Positions 47,735 through 59,450 of a DNA stretch of 64,000 nt are shown piece by piece. The notes beneath the pieces were generated by a model. It saw nothing but the letters and a program-made list of their open reading frames with translations. It searched no databases and had not been told where the DNA came from. Numbering within the stretch: position 1 is the stretch's first letter; every line of letters begins with the position of its first letter. The stretch covers positions 168,565-232,564 of the forward strand of contig JAYPVM010000002.1 of NCBI GenBank assembly GCA_038134595.1, in the 5' to 3' direction. Both the position numbers and the translations under genes were made by a program. Origin of the DNA: Pseudomonadota bacterium. Lineage in GTDB: Bacteria > Bdellovibrionota_C > UBA2361 > OMII01.

Positions 47735-49767
47735 CAGAAAGACGACCCGTTAAGGGTTTGGCGTTGGAACCCGCTAGCTTCGACCTGATTACCCGCTACC
47801 AACCGCAAGGAGATCAGCCATCAGCGATTGCCAGTCTTACTGAAAATATTTTAAAGGGTGTTTCCTATCAGACTCTGTTGGGGGTTACAGGTTCGGGCAA
47901 GACGTTTACTGTCGCTAATGTTATCGCAAAATTAAAAAGGCCCGCCCTTGTTGTTGCGCCAAACAAGACGCTTGCGGCGCAGTTGTATCATGAGTTTGCT
48001 GAGTTTTTTCCGAAAAACAAGGTTAAGTACTTCGTAAGCTACTACGATTATTATCAACCGGAAGCGTATATTCCATCGACCGACACCTATATCGAAAAGG
48101 ATTCTGCCATTAATGAAGAGATAGACAAAATGCGACACGCCGCAACAAAGTCGCTGCTTGAGGCTAGGGATGTGATAATAGTTGCCAGTGTTAGTTGTAT
48201 TTATGGATTGGGAGCTCCAGAGGATTACTTCAAGATGATGTTGTTTCTTGAAGTGGGTGATAATCTCGGGAGAGAATCAATTATCGAAAAGTTAGTCTTT
48301 ATGCAATATAAGCGGACCGATGTTGAATTTGTAAGGGGAACATTTCGTGTCCGAGGAGAAATTATCGACATCTTTCCATCAGACCAGGATGCTGTCGCAA
48401 CGCGAGTTGTACTGTTCGGAGATGAAATAGAGGAGATTCGAGAGTTTGATCCACTTCTAGGTACTACGAAACGACAAATTACCACGGCCGCAATATATCC
48501 TGTTAGTCACTTCGTTACATCCCGCGACTCGGTAGAGAGGGCAATCGGAACGATTCGAGAGGAGTTGGCGCAATGGACACCACAATTATTGAGACAGGGT
48601 AAGGTGGCGGAGAGCCAGAGGCTTGAGCAGCGAACGCTCTACGATCTTGAGTTGCTTGAGGAGATAGGTTTTTGCAGGGGAATTGAAAACTATAGCCGTC
48701 ATATGGCGGGACGAGTACCGGGCGAGCCGCCTACAACGCTTCTTGATTACTTTCCAGATGATTTTCTGTTGGTTGTGGATGAGAGTCACGTAACCGTGCC
48801 GCAGATAGGCGGCATGTTTCGAGGAGATCGAGCGCGAAAGGGAACATTAGTTGATTTCGGATTCCGCCTCCCCTCAGCGCTCGACAATCGACCGCTAACT
48901 ATGGATGAATTCTGGGAGAGGGCAGGTCAGACGATTTTTGTCTCGGCAACTCCGGCGGATTTTGAGCTAGAGAAAAGTCAAGGGGTTGTGGTAGAGCAAG
49001 TGAATAGACCCACTGGTCTTCTCGATCCGGAAGTGACAGTGAAGCCAGCCCGAAATCAGGTAGATGATCTGTTAGGAGAGATTCAGCAGACAATACATAG
49101 TGGTCAGAGGGTACTAGCAATAACTCTGACTAAAAAAATGGCCGAGGACCTCTCGACTTACTTGCGAGAAATTGGCATCAAGGCTCGTTATCTACATTCT
49201 GATATTACAACGATCGAGAGAGTCGAGATACTACGTGGTCTTCGAAGAGGTGATTTCGATGTTCTGATTGGAATTAATCTCTTGCGAGAGGGCTTAGACC
49301 TTGTAGAGGTTGGCCTGGTGGCTATTTTAGATGCTGATAAGGAGGGGTTTTTGCGCTCCACCCGCTCGCTTATTCAAATTATGGGTCGAGCGGCGCGAAA
49401 CGTCTCCGGGCGGGTTATTCTCTATGCAGATAAAGAGACAAAATCAATGAGTGAAGCGCTCGCGGAGACGGATCGTCGTCGAAGTATACAAGCTCAGTAT
49501 AATGCGGAGCACGGAATTACGCCGCAGTCAGCTAAGCGCTCCGTTGAACCATCTCTAGTGGCGGGAGAGGAGGTTAGAGACTCGAACTCAGTTGAGGATT
49601 ATGGCAAGGATTCCATCCCGTCTGATCCAAAGGAGCAAAAGACTTTGTTAGAAGGCTTGAAGAAGAAGATGTTTGAGCACGCTGCTCGCCGGGAATTTGA
49701 GGAGGCTGCATCGCTTCGAGATAGGATTCAATCTATAACCAAGGCTCTTATGGAACAGCCATCCTAA
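47731..49767 (+). CDS. uvrB: Excinuclease ABC subunit B
   Basis: [57 protein letters not shown]-terminal UVR coil. Confidence 0.98.
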   Translation: MTERRPVKGLALEPASFDLITRYQPQGDQPSAIASLTENILKGVSYQTLLGVTGSGKTFTVANVIAKLKRPALVVAPNKTLAAQLYHEFAEFFPKNKVKYFVSYYDYYQPEAYIPSTDTYIEKDSAINEEIDKMRHAATKSLLEARDVIIVASVSCIYGLGAPEDYFKMMLFLEVGDNLGRESIIEKLVFMQYKRTDVEFVRGTFRVRGEIIDIFPSDQDAVATRVVLFGDEIEEIREFDPLLGTTKRQITTAAIYPVSHFVTSRDSVERAIGTIREELAQWTPQLLRQGKVAESQRLEQRTLYDLELLEEIGFCRGIENYSRHMAGRVPGEPPTTLLDYFPDDFLLVVDESHVTVPQIGGMFRGDRARKGTLVDFGFRLPSALDNRPLTMDEFWERAGQTIFVSATPADFELEKSQGVVVEQVNRPTGLLDPEVTVKPARNQVDDLLGEIQQTIHSGQRVLAITLTKKMAEDLSTYLREIGIKARYLHSDITTIERVEILRGLRRGDFDVLIGINLLREGLDLVEVGLVAILDADKEGFLRSTRSLIQIMGRAARNVSGRVILYADKETKSMSEALAETDRRRSIQAQYNAEHGITPQSAKRSVEPSLVAGEEVRDSNSVEDYGKDSIPSDPKEQKTLLEGLKKKMFEHAARREFEEAASLRDRIQSITKALMEQPS

Positions 49768-49973
49768 TGAATGTACTCGGCTAATAAGTTTTTTAGATTG
49801 ATCTGTAACACGAATAGAAATTGTGGCTAGAAGATGCTGCGGTTACGCCAAGGATGTGTCCCAGGCCGTTAGCCAGCCGTAAACGTTTAGCGAATTGGTA
49901 GGTAGTGTATGTGGTCTATCAGGTTGTCCTCAATGCGCAGAGGAAAATAAGAGATAGGTTATGGATCTTACGG

Positions 49974-52900
49974 CTACTTTCCGCTAAGCCCCATTGTTAT
50001 TAGTACCCGGACTTCGTCTCCGTAAGATATGTCGTCAAATGGAATCCGAGTGCCCTCGAAGGGTCTTCCATCCACTGACATAGATTGAATACCTGTTTCC
50101 TGATTGTTTGGGTTTAACACCTCGATGATAAATGTCCGGTTGTTTTTTCTGTATCGAAGAGAGAATTCAGTCCATTGAGAAGGAATGCACGGATTTACTG
50201 AAAAACCGTCGGGATAAATGTTGAATCCGAGTATGTGGTGGAGGCCGGCTTGGTATAACCACCCAGCGGAACCTGTGTACCAACTCCAACCTGCCCGACC
50301 CAAGAGGGGCTGCTCGGAGTAAACGTCTCCACACATTACGTATGGTTCTCCCTGATAGGTCTGAATTTCGTCGCTGGTGGACGTATGGTTGACGGGATTT
50401 ATGAGCTCAAAAAGTTCATAAGCGGTGCTCCCGTGGCGTAGTAGCGTGTGTGCTATTATTACCCAGGCTGCGGCATGAGTGTATTGGCCCCCATTTTCTC
50501 GTACCCCTGGCGGATATCCTTTGATGTAGCCAGGATTCTTCTCCATCGTATGAAAAGGCGGAGATAGGAGTTTGATGAGTTTTGCATCCCGGTCGACAAG
50601 TTTATTCGTGGCAGATTCCAGCGCTTGTTGGGCGCGCTCAGCTTTTGCCTTATTTGAGATTACCGCCCATGATTGACACAGTGAATCAATCCGGCATTCC
50701 TCACTAGTACTAGTACCGACAGGTGTACCATCGTCAAAAAATGCACGCCGGTACCACTGCCCATCCCAGCCTTCGAGTTCGGCAGCTTCGACAAGTCTGT
50801 TTGCTCGTTGCTGTAGAAGCTTTGCGCGCTCAAGCTCTCCCTGCGAGAGCAGGATAGGAGCAAAGCGACGGATTACTTCAGCTTGGAACCAAGCAAGCCA
50901 TACGCTCTCTCCTTTGCCCTCTTTGCCGATTTCGTTCATGCCATCGTTCCAATCGCCTGCTCCGATAAGCGGTAGACCGTGGGAGCCACAGCCTTCAGTA
51001 GCATCGAAAGCACGTAGACAGTGCTCTAGAATACTAGCAGATTCCTGACTTATTTCGGGTGTGAAGTACGACTCCATTTGACCTTCTTCTAATCGTGCTC
51101 CCGAAATAAAACTAACTTGCTCGGATAGAATAGAATGATCTCCAGTTGTCTCAACGTAGCGAGCAACGACGTATGGTAGCCATAACAAGTCATCAGATAT
51201 CTTTGTTCGTACCCCTCTGTTAGTAGGGGGATGCCACCAGTGCTGAACATCTCCCTCGGTGAACTGTTGCGCGGCATGCTCTAATATCTGTTTCCGCGTG
51301 AGTTCGGGATCGATCGGTAACATGACCAGAGAGTCTTGTAGCTGGTCTCGGAATCCCAATGCTCCACCACTTTGATAAAATGCAGAGCGAGCGTAGAGCC
51401 GGCAGGCCAAGGTCTGATACAACAACCATCCATTCATTAATACATTGAAACTGTCGTCAGGCGTAGAGATTGAGATAGACCGTAATAGTTGTTCCCAGTG
51501 CGCCTTAACCTGACTCTTGGCTGAGTGAATAGTTTGTTGGCTCTTGTAGTTGGCGACTTTAGTCCGAGACTCCTCGATTGAGGCGTGTTCTGAGAGAAAA
51601 AAGTGCAGAGAGCGTGTTTCATTAGGTGAAAGTGTAACGCTAACTTGCAAGACAACGCATGGGTCACTTCCTGCGCCCGTTTTACCGGACAGTTTGATAC
51701 TCTTGCTTCTGGTTGACATGAATGAGTTGCTCATCCCTTGTCGGAGCATAACTGGTGAGGAGAGATCACCTTGCTTACCAATAAATTCCAATCGGGATGT
51801 GGTATGCCCAATAATTGGACCACTTGCTCCTATTGAACAAATTCGGCCGGAAAATTCATTGTTGTACCGGTTCCGAGCCTGAATAATCTGATTAGACCTA
51901 TCAAATGACGTCGTGATAAATCGATAGGCGTCCTGCTTCACGATACCCAAAACTAGTTCGGAGTACGAGAATAGCTCTAAACGAAGTTCATTCTCACCTC
52001 TGTTGGTAAGTTCGATTTGCGTCCACTTTACGGGCTCGTCGGGAGAAACAAATATCTCTAAGGATGAGTCTATGTCAGAGTTGTTGGTAGAAAACCTGGT
52101 GAAACCAAATCCATGCTCTACTTTATATGAAAGACCAGAACCGCAAGGATTCGGCGCAAGTGACCAAAACTCCCCCGATTCTACATTTCGAAGATATACA
52201 ACTTCGCTTGGAGGATCTAATACAGGGTCGTTTGACCATTCGGTTATTCTGTTTTCTCGGCTATTCTGGGACCAGGTGTATCCGCCGCCAGACTCTGTTA
52301 TGAGGGTGCCGAAGGAAGGGTTTGCAATCACGTTGGACCAAGGTAGAGGTGTCGGCGCTCTTTCGCTTGCGATAAGTTTATAGTGATTTGAGTTCTTGCA
52401 GAATCCTCCAATTCCATTAAAGAGTAGTAGATTCTGGGGTTCGATATCTACATCTGCGTGCGAACGTATTTGGTTTTCCGCGACGCCGTTGCTTGTAGTT
52501 TGTTCGAAGGGGGCTTCAGCAAGAAGCTCTGATAACCCACCAACAGAGCAATCAAGGACAACTCGTGCCACCGTCTCTAATAGACTTGACTCAGCATCGG
52601 ATATCTGGAGAGTTGAGCGGAGAAAAACACCACCGGAGCGGTCAATAAGAGCGCCCGCTGGCGTTAGCCTAACAGCGTATTCGATATCCTCTGCGAGTTG
52701 CTGGATATAGCCGCCCTCGTTGTGATGAAGCACGACTAAATCAAATTCTAGTCCCCTTTCCCGTAAAAAGTGATGTGCTAGAAGCATCTCTTGTAGGTGC
52801 TTAATCTGACGCACGTCCGAGAGTCTTAGTAAAACAAGGGGTAGGTCTCCGGAAACTCCAAAGCGCCAGAGGGCAGACTGCGTGAGCGTATTATTCTTTA

Positions 52901-55900
52901 GAGCTTCTTCTCCACCTCGGACAGCCTCAACATTGTATAACAGACAGCCGGCGAGCTTGTGAAAGAGTTCTGCCTGAGCGGCTGTATGAGCGTGGCTTCG
53001 AAGCTCTACTTGTGCGCGACTCCACGAGAGCTCAAAAGCCCGGTTTACGTGCAACAATTCTTGATAGCGAGAGATAAGTTGTGATGCGACCGAGCGCTCT
53101 TTGGCAGCCCCTGAGATGAAGGTGAGAGTCTCGCTCGCTCCGGCTTCAAGCCGAACAGTACATCCTAAGGAGACGATCGGATCAACGTTTCCATCGTAGG
53201 GTTGTACTTTCGAGCCTGCGCCTTGAAATATAGAAGGAAGTCGCATGGTATTCTTTCGACCGATGAAACTCGCCCTCGAAGTATAAAATCTTACCGGTGC
53301 GTAACTGGTTTTAAGGGTAACTCGGTGGAAGAAATAGAGTGGCGTCTCATGCTCGCTCCGAGGCTTTCTGGTGCAAATAATAGCGTCAGAGTCAGGTAGA
53401 GGTTCAGCTTTGAGGAACAATTTGCTAAATGCTGGGTGGGCAGCGTCGGCGCGTAGAGTGGCCAGGGATGGTTCGTTGTAGCTGACGAGCTCCAACTCCC
53501 TTTCCGTGTGGCTGAGGTTTGTCACTGTAACGCGCCTTAGCTCTACATCATCATCTGGTGAAACAGTAATCTCGGTATGAATGAAGATGTCGTCGTCGAA
53601 ACGCTTAAATTCGACTTTCCCTGGGCTGAAAATGGCCTCGTATGAATCTGCTTCTATCTTGGTAGGCTGATAACTCGTTGACCATGTCTTCTTGGTGTCG
53701 ACATCATGAACATAGATGAAGCAACCGTAGTTGGAGGATAAAGAATCCTCTCTCCACCGGGTTAGTAGGGTGGTTTTATCATAGATGCTTGTGCCACCGC
53801 CGGTAGAATCGACAAGGAGTGAGTAGCGCCCATTTGAAAGTAATCGCACACGAGGAGCGACATGAAACGGTGTGCGAATAATCTCAAGCCCTGGTGCTTC
53901 CGGTTTTTGCTCTTCCTTGTGAGTGAGCGCCAGTTCGGGCTCGTGAGGAACAATTGCCGCTACTCGTTGTGGAAACCGCTCGTGGAGTAGCAGCTCAGTT
54001 GATTTCACTATGGGGTGGCTGTGGAAGCGCTCGCACATGATGTCGTCATTAAGCAGGTTATTAATGCTGACCAACGACATGCCTTGATGATGTGCAAAAA
54101 ATGACTGTACGATGTGTTTTCGCTCGGTGATGGAGTGCCTCGAGGGGGTGTAGTCGATAGCTTCGTAGAAACCGTACTGACCGCGACCGCCTTCTCGCTC
54201 TATGAATTTGAGGTTTTCGAGAGATGCTGCGATTGATGGAGCAAAGTTTAGTGCCAGCATCGTCGAGTACGGAGAAATAACTAGATCTTCTGATAAGCCA
54301 CGCTTCAGGCCCAATCCGGGAACGCCGAAGGCTCGGTATTGGTAGGTTTTCTCAAAATCAACACCACTGAATGCCGATTCGGAGATTCCCCATGGGGCAG
54401 ATCGACGACGGCTATATGCCATCTGAGCGGTGACTACGGCCCTGGCAGTTCGGCCGAGTATCGTAGTCGGATAGTCTTTCATCACTAAAAAAGGCATCAA
54501 GTATTCGAACATGGTGCCGGTCCACGATATAAGAGCTTTCCCTCCAGGGGTACTCGCTAGAGATCTCCCAAGGGAGAACCAGTGGCGCTCGGGCACCTCG
54601 CTTCGTGCAACGGCGAGGAAGCTCAAGAGACGCGCCTCAGAGGCCAACAGGTCGTAGTATCCCTTGTCCCTCCGTCCCTGCTCGATATTAAATCCGATGG
54701 CAAACAGGTTTCGTTCTTGGTCATAGAGGAATGAAAAATCCATCTCCTCAATCAGTCGCTGATAGGTCCTCTTGGTTGCCCTGAGCTCTTGTTGCAGTGA
54801 CTCTATCTGCTTGAGAGACTCGTCGACGGACAAGTGGAGTTGCGAGATAATCTTCTCGTCAGAAGAGATTGGTTGTGAGATCTCGGCGGCTGTTATCAGG
54901 TTTTGAAGTTGCTTTGCTCCTTGCGAGATTTCGTTTAGGGTCGGAAACGAATTGCCGAGGCGCTCAAATTCCTTGAGTGCTGTCGTTTTTAGGCCATCAT
55001 CTGAGCTTGAGCCCATTGTAAGAGATGAGTCCTTCCTGATGGAACTCACATAGGCTTGTAGTGGTTCGATCCACTTGAGCACCCTGATCGCCTCTGACAA
55101 ATCACAGAGAAAAGTATAAAGTGGAGGATTTGCTGCATGGCTCGACGGAGACGCTTGTGAACTATCGACCGCCAGCACATTTCTCGACTGCTCTTCTAAA
55201 TACGCAATCGATTCAGGTGAATTCAGGAATGAGATGACATCAGTTATTGATGAGTTTGTGCGGCTATAGAACTGTGAATGCAGCGCACTGATTGTATCCC
55301 GTTGATTTTGCGCAGAGAATTCCTCGTCAAGGAGCCGACTGAGAGTTGAAACGTGTTTTGCTCCAATTATTTCTCGGTTACTAGCCTCAGCTACACACGA
55401 AAGAAGCGTGTAAAGATGACCCAGGAGATTGCCGCTGTCTACTGTGGATATGTATCTGGGGGATAATGGTTGTCTTGAAGTAATCGAATACCAGTTAAAT
55501 AGGTGGCCCTTGTACTTCTCGAGAGCCTCAAGAGCTCGACATATATCAGCGGTTTTAGAGAGCGAGGTGTTTAGCGGAATGAATCCCAGATCATATGCAG
55601 ACTGAATACTTAACAACGAAAGGGAGATGTTGGTCGGTGACGTTCTTTCAGCGACAACAGTCTCTGGATTCAGTTGGAGATTGTCGGGCATTAACGAAGA
55701 GTATTCAGGTCGAAGATATGATCGAAAGAATGACCAAGTATCGTATGCGACGTGAAGCAGATACGTTGCCTCGGTGTTGGTTGCAACGGCGCGTCGAATT
55801 ACAAAAGGGCGTGAAACCACTTTGGCGATCCAGGGCGAAACGCCCCAAAGACAAACGAGTGGGGAGGCGTACAGGAGTGCTGAAAAATTTAACTGAATCG

Positions 55901-58820
55901 CACAACCAAATGCTAGAAGGACTAGTCCCATGATCGGCAAGAAAACTTTTAAGAATGTTTTTGTTTCATTCTTACTCTTACGTTCCGACCGCTCTGCCGG
56001 CTCCCACTCTAGAAGATGCATTTTGGAGACGTATAATCGATGGAGGGTTATACCGATGGCGTGGATCATTAAGCCGGCTTGATGGGGAAGAAACGCAAGT
56101 CCTAAGAGGGCGCGGATGGTGTTTCGCCACGCGTCTCTACCGATATCTCCTAGAAAACCACCCAATGATATCCCAACAGAGGGAAGTGCAAAAACCGAAG
56201 CGAGTCCAGTAAATACTGGAAATGAAATATTTATAAGAACCACCGTTGTCCAAACCAGCGGCCCGCCAGGTAGAAATAACCATCCCCCGAGTAATGCAAA
56301 AAGGCACGCTGGAGGAACGAGACTTCTCCGTAGATTATCGAACATCTTCCACCAGGAAAGGATGGATATCTCGCTTGATTGCTTGCCAGTTCTGCTTGGA
56401 ACAGTGCGAAAGAGCCAGGGAAGGAGCTGCCAATCGCCCCTGACCCATCGGTGTAATCGTTTCGAGTATCCCATATATCGTGAGGGAAAATCATCATAGA
56501 GCTCGATATCCGAAGCTAGGCCAACTCGTGCAAACGATCCTTCAAAGAGGTCGTGGCTTAACAATGCATTTTCGGGAACCCTGTCGCGTAGCACCTGCTC
56601 AAAGGCTCGAACGTCATAGATCCCCTTGCCCCAAAATGATCCTTCACCAAAGAGGTCTTGGTACACTTCTGAAACCACATTAGTGTAGGGATCTAGCCCA
56701 GCCTGCCCAGAGAAAAGTTTAGAAAATCGACTATTGGTAGCCGATGTCAAAGAAATAGTCACTCGAGGTTGAATAAAAGCGTATCCCGACGTTACCCGGT
56801 TAATAGTAGGATCAATTACAGGACTGTTCATTGGGTGAGCTATGGTAGCCACGAGTTTTCGGGCCGTATTACGGGAGAGTTGCGAATCGCTGTCGAGTGT
56901 AATGACATAACGGGTCTGACGAATTCGCTCTTTTGAGCCTACAATAAGAAGGAGGGAGGTTTCATCGTCTCCGAGGATATATTTGTTTAACTCTTCGAGC
57001 TTTCCTCGTTTTCGTTCCCAGGCCATCCATGTATTTTCGGATGGGTTCCACTGTCGACTTCGAAAGAAAAGCATAAAACGAGGGGTTCCCGTTGCGCTGT
57101 GTCGGTTGTTTAGTCGATCGACTGCAGCTTTCGCCGAGTCGATGATTAATTTGTCGGATTCGGTTTCCCGAGCAGATGCATCGGGCAAGTCTGCCATAAG
57201 TACATAGCTAAGCGCCTTGTCGTCGTTTCCCAAAAACCGAACCTCTAGCCCATCAATGGCCCGGTCAATAGAAGCCGCAGAGCTAAAGATAGTGTGAACT
57301 ACAACGAGAGTTTTGTATTCCTCCGGGATTGGATTGTCCGAATTTAGTTTAGGAAGAGGCTGGGGTGGAACCCAGCGGCTAGCGAGGTATTGAACTAAGC
57401 TTGAAGCGAGCTCGGAGACAGGAAGAAGGGTCAACAACAAGGTGATCAGGAAAAGTGGATAAGAGGCTTCTGCCCATTCGGAGAGTAAGAAAACATATCC
57501 AGTAAGTATAAAAGATAGAGTAAGTATCGAGCCAAGGTAAACCGCAAGAGAGTGCTTGCGAAGTAGTCTACATAGTCTCTCGGCTACGGTTGGTCTGTAG
57601 GATATCTTCTTTTCTAATTCCTCGCGTCCGGAGGCTATAAGATAATATCCGACATAACTTTTGTTTGGGTCTGATGATGTTGTAGTAGATCGTTTGAGCG
57701 CGCACTCCAACACCGATTGAGCAACAGATGAGTCGGTGGTTTTAAGACGTTTCGCTATTTTTTCGATGCTGTGCCTCAGTGTGTCGCGAGTCGTAAAGTC
57801 CGACCTAGAGTAGAGATTCGAGGGATCCTTTCGAAGAACCGCGTCAACAAGACTGACCGACTCGAACCACTCCCGCCAATTGCATTGGTCTATACTGGTA
57901 AGTGAGGTAAGTGTATTGCCAACTGATATTTGTCTTGTTGCTTGATGGTGGTCCTCGGCTCTTAAGAGATCTTCTGGAATAATACCCCGCTCTCGTAGTT
58001 TTTCCTCCAGGAAGTGCAAGGCCATATAGGCCTTTCGTCCTCGACTGCGGAGGCGTTTGAGAAGCTCTAGAGCGCTGTGAGGAAGGAAGCTTTCTTTTTC
58101 GTCGATCCGACGTGCTAGCTCCACCATTATTTGAGTGCCGGCCCTCGATTCGTCGCCAACGACAAGTTCGACTAGTTTCAGGATTTTTCGTTGAGAGAGT
58201 AGTTCGCTCTCTGCTTGAACAGTGAGATGGCGAAGGTTTTCTAGTAGTGCTAGCCGCAGCATTATGGGGAAAGCCCACAGTTCACCGGAGGAAAGTTCTA
58301 AGCTTCGTTGGTAAGAAGAGATAAAAGCAGAGGAAAGCCTTGTGTCGGACGACGCATCTGTGTGCATTACAAACTCAAGAGCCAAGTGGTAGATCCGAGG
58401 AAGTCCCCGTAACTCACCATCTAATATCTTAGGTAAGGTGCGGTAAAAACCTTGCGGAAGATATTTTTTGATTTGAGCCGCGTGCCGCTCTACAACATGG
58501 TAGTTGTCGAGTAGCCATTCACCCCCTGCAGTAAGGTTTTCACCGTTGTGAGCTGCTTCAGCTAATCGAAGATATACTCGGCGCAGCGTTGCCCTATTGC
58601 TACCGTATCCGCGCAATACCCGTGCGGAGGACAATGGACCTACTTTTCCGGTGTGTGACTGAGCTAATTGTTCACCTAGGGCTTCGAGGTTTTCACGGGA
58701 TAGGGCTTTTGGATTCCAGGGTAATGGAACCGTTGCCCGTGATTGCATTGAGAATTGACGACGTAACTCATCTAGGGTGCTGCGGATCCGACCGACCAAG
58801 AGAAGATAAGTTGCTATCAA
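49974..58820 (-). CDS. ndvB: Cyclic beta-1,2-glucan synthase (Cgs/NdvB/ChvB: GT84 + glycoamylase-like + GH94 phosphorylase)
   Basis: EWLLDNY, WERKRGKL, GKGIYDV, LLSHDLFEG, HRWVRGDWQ, TM bundle, YDLLASEARL, WGISES, AFYQSGGALGFRDQLQD, GDWNDGMN, RENGGQYTH; AAGGAG RBS before TTG. Confidence 0.93.
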   Translation of the reverse strand: MIATYLLLVGRIRSTLDELRRQFSMQSRATVPLPWNPKALSRENLEALGEQLAQSHTGKVGPLSSARVLRGYGSNRATLRRVYLRLAEAAHNGENLTAGGEWLLDNYHVVERHAAQIKKYLPQGFYRTLPKILDGELRGLPRIYHLALEFVMHTDASSDTRLSSAFISSYQRSLELSSGELWAFPIMLRLALLENLRHLTVQAESELLSQRKILKLVELVVGDESRAGTQIMVELARRIDEKESFLPHSALELLKRLRSRGRKAYMALHFLEEKLRERGIIPEDLLRAEDHHQATRQISVGNTLTSLTSIDQCNWREWFESVSLVDAVLRKDPSNLYSRSDFTTRDTLRHSIEKIAKRLKTTDSSVAQSVLECALKRSTTTSSDPNKSYVGYYLIASGREELEKKISYRPTVAERLCRLLRKHSLAVYLGSILTLSFILTGYVFLLSEWAEASYPLFLITLLLTLLPVSELASSLVQYLASRWVPPQPLPKLNSDNPIPEEYKTLVVVHTIFSSAASIDRAIDGLEVRFLGNDDKALSYVLMADLPDASARETESDKLIIDSAKAAVDRLNNRHSATGTPRFMLFFRSRQWNPSENTWMAWERKRGKLEELNKYILGDDETSLLLIVGSKERIRQTRYVITLDSDSQLSRNTARKLVATIAHPMNSPVIDPTINRVTSGYAFIQPRVTISLTSATNSRFSKLFSGQAGLDPYTNVVSEVYQDLFGEGSFWGKGIYDVRAFEQVLRDRVPENALLSHDLFEGSFARVGLASDIELYDDFPSRYMGYSKRLHRWVRGDWQLLPWLFRTVPSRTGKQSSEISILSWWKMFDNLRRSLVPPACLFALLGGWLFLPGGPLVWTTVVLINISFPVFTGLASVFALPSVGISLGGFLGDIGRDAWRNTIRALLGLAFLPHQAGLMIHAIGITLHRLYVSKMHLLEWEPAERSERKSKNETKTFLKVFLPIMGLVLLAFGCAIQLNFSALLYASPLVCLWGVSPWIAKVVSRPFVIRRAVATNTEATYLLHVAYDTWSFFRSYLRPEYSSLMPDNLQLNPETVVAERTSPTNISLSLLSIQSAYDLGFIPLNTSLSKTADICRALEALEKYKGHLFNWYSITSRQPLSPRYISTVDSGNLLGHLYTLLSCVAEASNREIIGAKHVSTLSRLLDEEFSAQNQRDTISALHSQFYSRTNSSITDVISFLNSPESIAYLEEQSRNVLAVDSSQASPSSHAANPPLYTFLCDLSEAIRVLKWIEPLQAYVSSIRKDSSLTMGSSSDDGLKTTALKEFERLGNSFPTLNEISQGAKQLQNLITAAEISQPISSDEKIISQLHLSVDESLKQIESLQQELRATKRTYQRLIEEMDFSFLYDQERNLFAIGFNIEQGRRDKGYYDLLASEARLLSFLAVARSEVPERHWFSLGRSLASTPGGKALISWTGTMFEYLMPFLVMKDYPTTILGRTARAVVTAQMAYSRRRSAPWGISESAFSGVDFEKTYQYRAFGVPGLGLKRGLSEDLVISPYSTMLALNFAPSIAASLENLKFIEREGGRGQYGFYEAIDYTPSRHSITERKHIVQSFFAHHQGMSLVSINNLLNDDIMCERFHSHPIVKSTELLLHERFPQRVAAIVPHEPELALTHKEEQKPEAPGLEIIRTPFHVAPRVRLLSNGRYSLLVDSTGGGTSIYDKTTLLTRWREDSLSSNYGCFIYVHDVDTKKTWSTSYQPTKIEADSYEAIFSPGKVEFKRFDDDIFIHTEITVSPDDDVELRRVTVTNLSHTERELELVSYNEPSLATLRADAAHPAFSKLFLKAEPLPDSDAIICTRKPRSEHETPLYFFHRVTLKTSYAPVRFYTSRASFIGRKNTMRLPSIFQGAGSKVQPYDGNVDPIVSLGCTVRLEAGASETLTFISGAAKERSVASQLISRYQELLHVNRAFELSWSRAQVELRSHAHTAAQAELFHKLAGCLLYNVEAVRGGEEALKNNTLTQSALWRFGVSGDLPLVLLRLSDVRQIKHLQEMLLAHHFLRERGLEFDLVVLHHNEGGYIQQLAEDIEYAVRLTPAGALIDRSGGVFLRSTLQISDAESSLLETVARVVLDCSVGGLSELLAEAPFEQTTSNGVAENQIRSHADVDIEPQNLLLFNGIGGFCKNSNHYKLIASERAPTPLPWSNVIANPSFGTLITESGGGYTWSQNSRENRITEWSNDPVLDPPSEVVYLRNVESGEFWSLAPNPCGSGLSYKVEHGFGFTRFSTNNSDIDSSLEIFVSPDEPVKWTQIELTNRGENELRLELFSYSELVLGIVKQDAYRFITTSFDRSNQIIQARNRYNNEFSGRICSIGASGPIIGHTTSRLEFIGKQGDLSSPVMLRQGMSNSFMSTRSKSIKLSGKTGAGSDPCVVLQVSVTLSPNETRSLHFFLSEHASIEESRTKVANYKSQQTIHSAKSQVKAHWEQLLRSISISTPDDSFNVLMNGWLLYQTLACRLYARSAFYQSGGALGFRDQLQDSLVMLPIDPELTRKQILEHAAQQFTEGDVQHWWHPPTNRGVRTKISDDLLWLPYVVARYVETTGDHSILSEQVSFISGARLEEGQMESYFTPEISQESASILEHCLRAFDATEGCGSHGLPLIGAGDWNDGMNEIGKEGKGESVWLAWFQAEVIRRFAPILLSQGELERAKLLQQRANRLVEAAELEGWDGQWYRRAFFDDGTPVGTSTSEECRIDSLCQSWAVISNKAKAERAQQALESATNKLVDRDAKLIKLLSPPFHTMEKNPGYIKGYPPGVRENGGQYTHAAAWVIIAHTLLRHGSTAYELFELINPVNHTSTSDEIQTYQGEPYVMCGDVYSEQPLLGRAGWSWYTGSAGWLYQAGLHHILGFNIYPDGFSVNPCIPSQWTEFSLRYRKNNRTFIIEVLNPNNQETGIQSMSVDGRPFEGTRIPFDDISYGDEVRVLITMGLSGK

Positions 58821-59450
58821 AAGAGGCTCCTTGTTAAAAATAGGTGTGGAGGTTAGGTTCTGTTCTTCAGCTTTTTTCTTGATTTGCTAACAGTTGGCAT
58901 GAAGCTCTAACGTAGGGAATTTTAGCAACTTCCATGCTTTTTTGCACCTCTAAACTGGCTTGAATATACTCGGGTAGGGAATGTTTCTTGTCCGAAGCTC
59001 TGAACGATTACCTGGCGGCGTTGGGAGTACTACTGTTCCGAGCCCTTTTTCGGGGCAAAAAGGGGGGCTTTCCTCAAAGGCTTTGTTTGGCGAGTTGTTT
59101 GGAGCACTTTCGGCGGGACATACGGCGTGCCTTTCTACTGTATCTGGGCCCGGATAACGTTATCAACCCAGCATAATTTCTCGGGCCAGGGGCCGCTGGG
59201 GCGTGATTTGGAAAACACATCGGAAAGTTCAAACCCGCAAAGCATAAGAACAGCTTTCTATTTGGGACATGCGGGTTCTTGCAAACAGCTTCCTCGCTCC
59301 TGAGTCGCACGCTTTAGCTAGAACAGTCTGGAGAAGGCAGGAGTGAGTTTAAGACCTATACCGGAATATTCATCGCCGAACAGAGCAAAGTGGTTGTGTC
59401 AGCGCCTGAACTCCAGCATTGCATTCTGACACCCGTGGCATTTTGCAATA

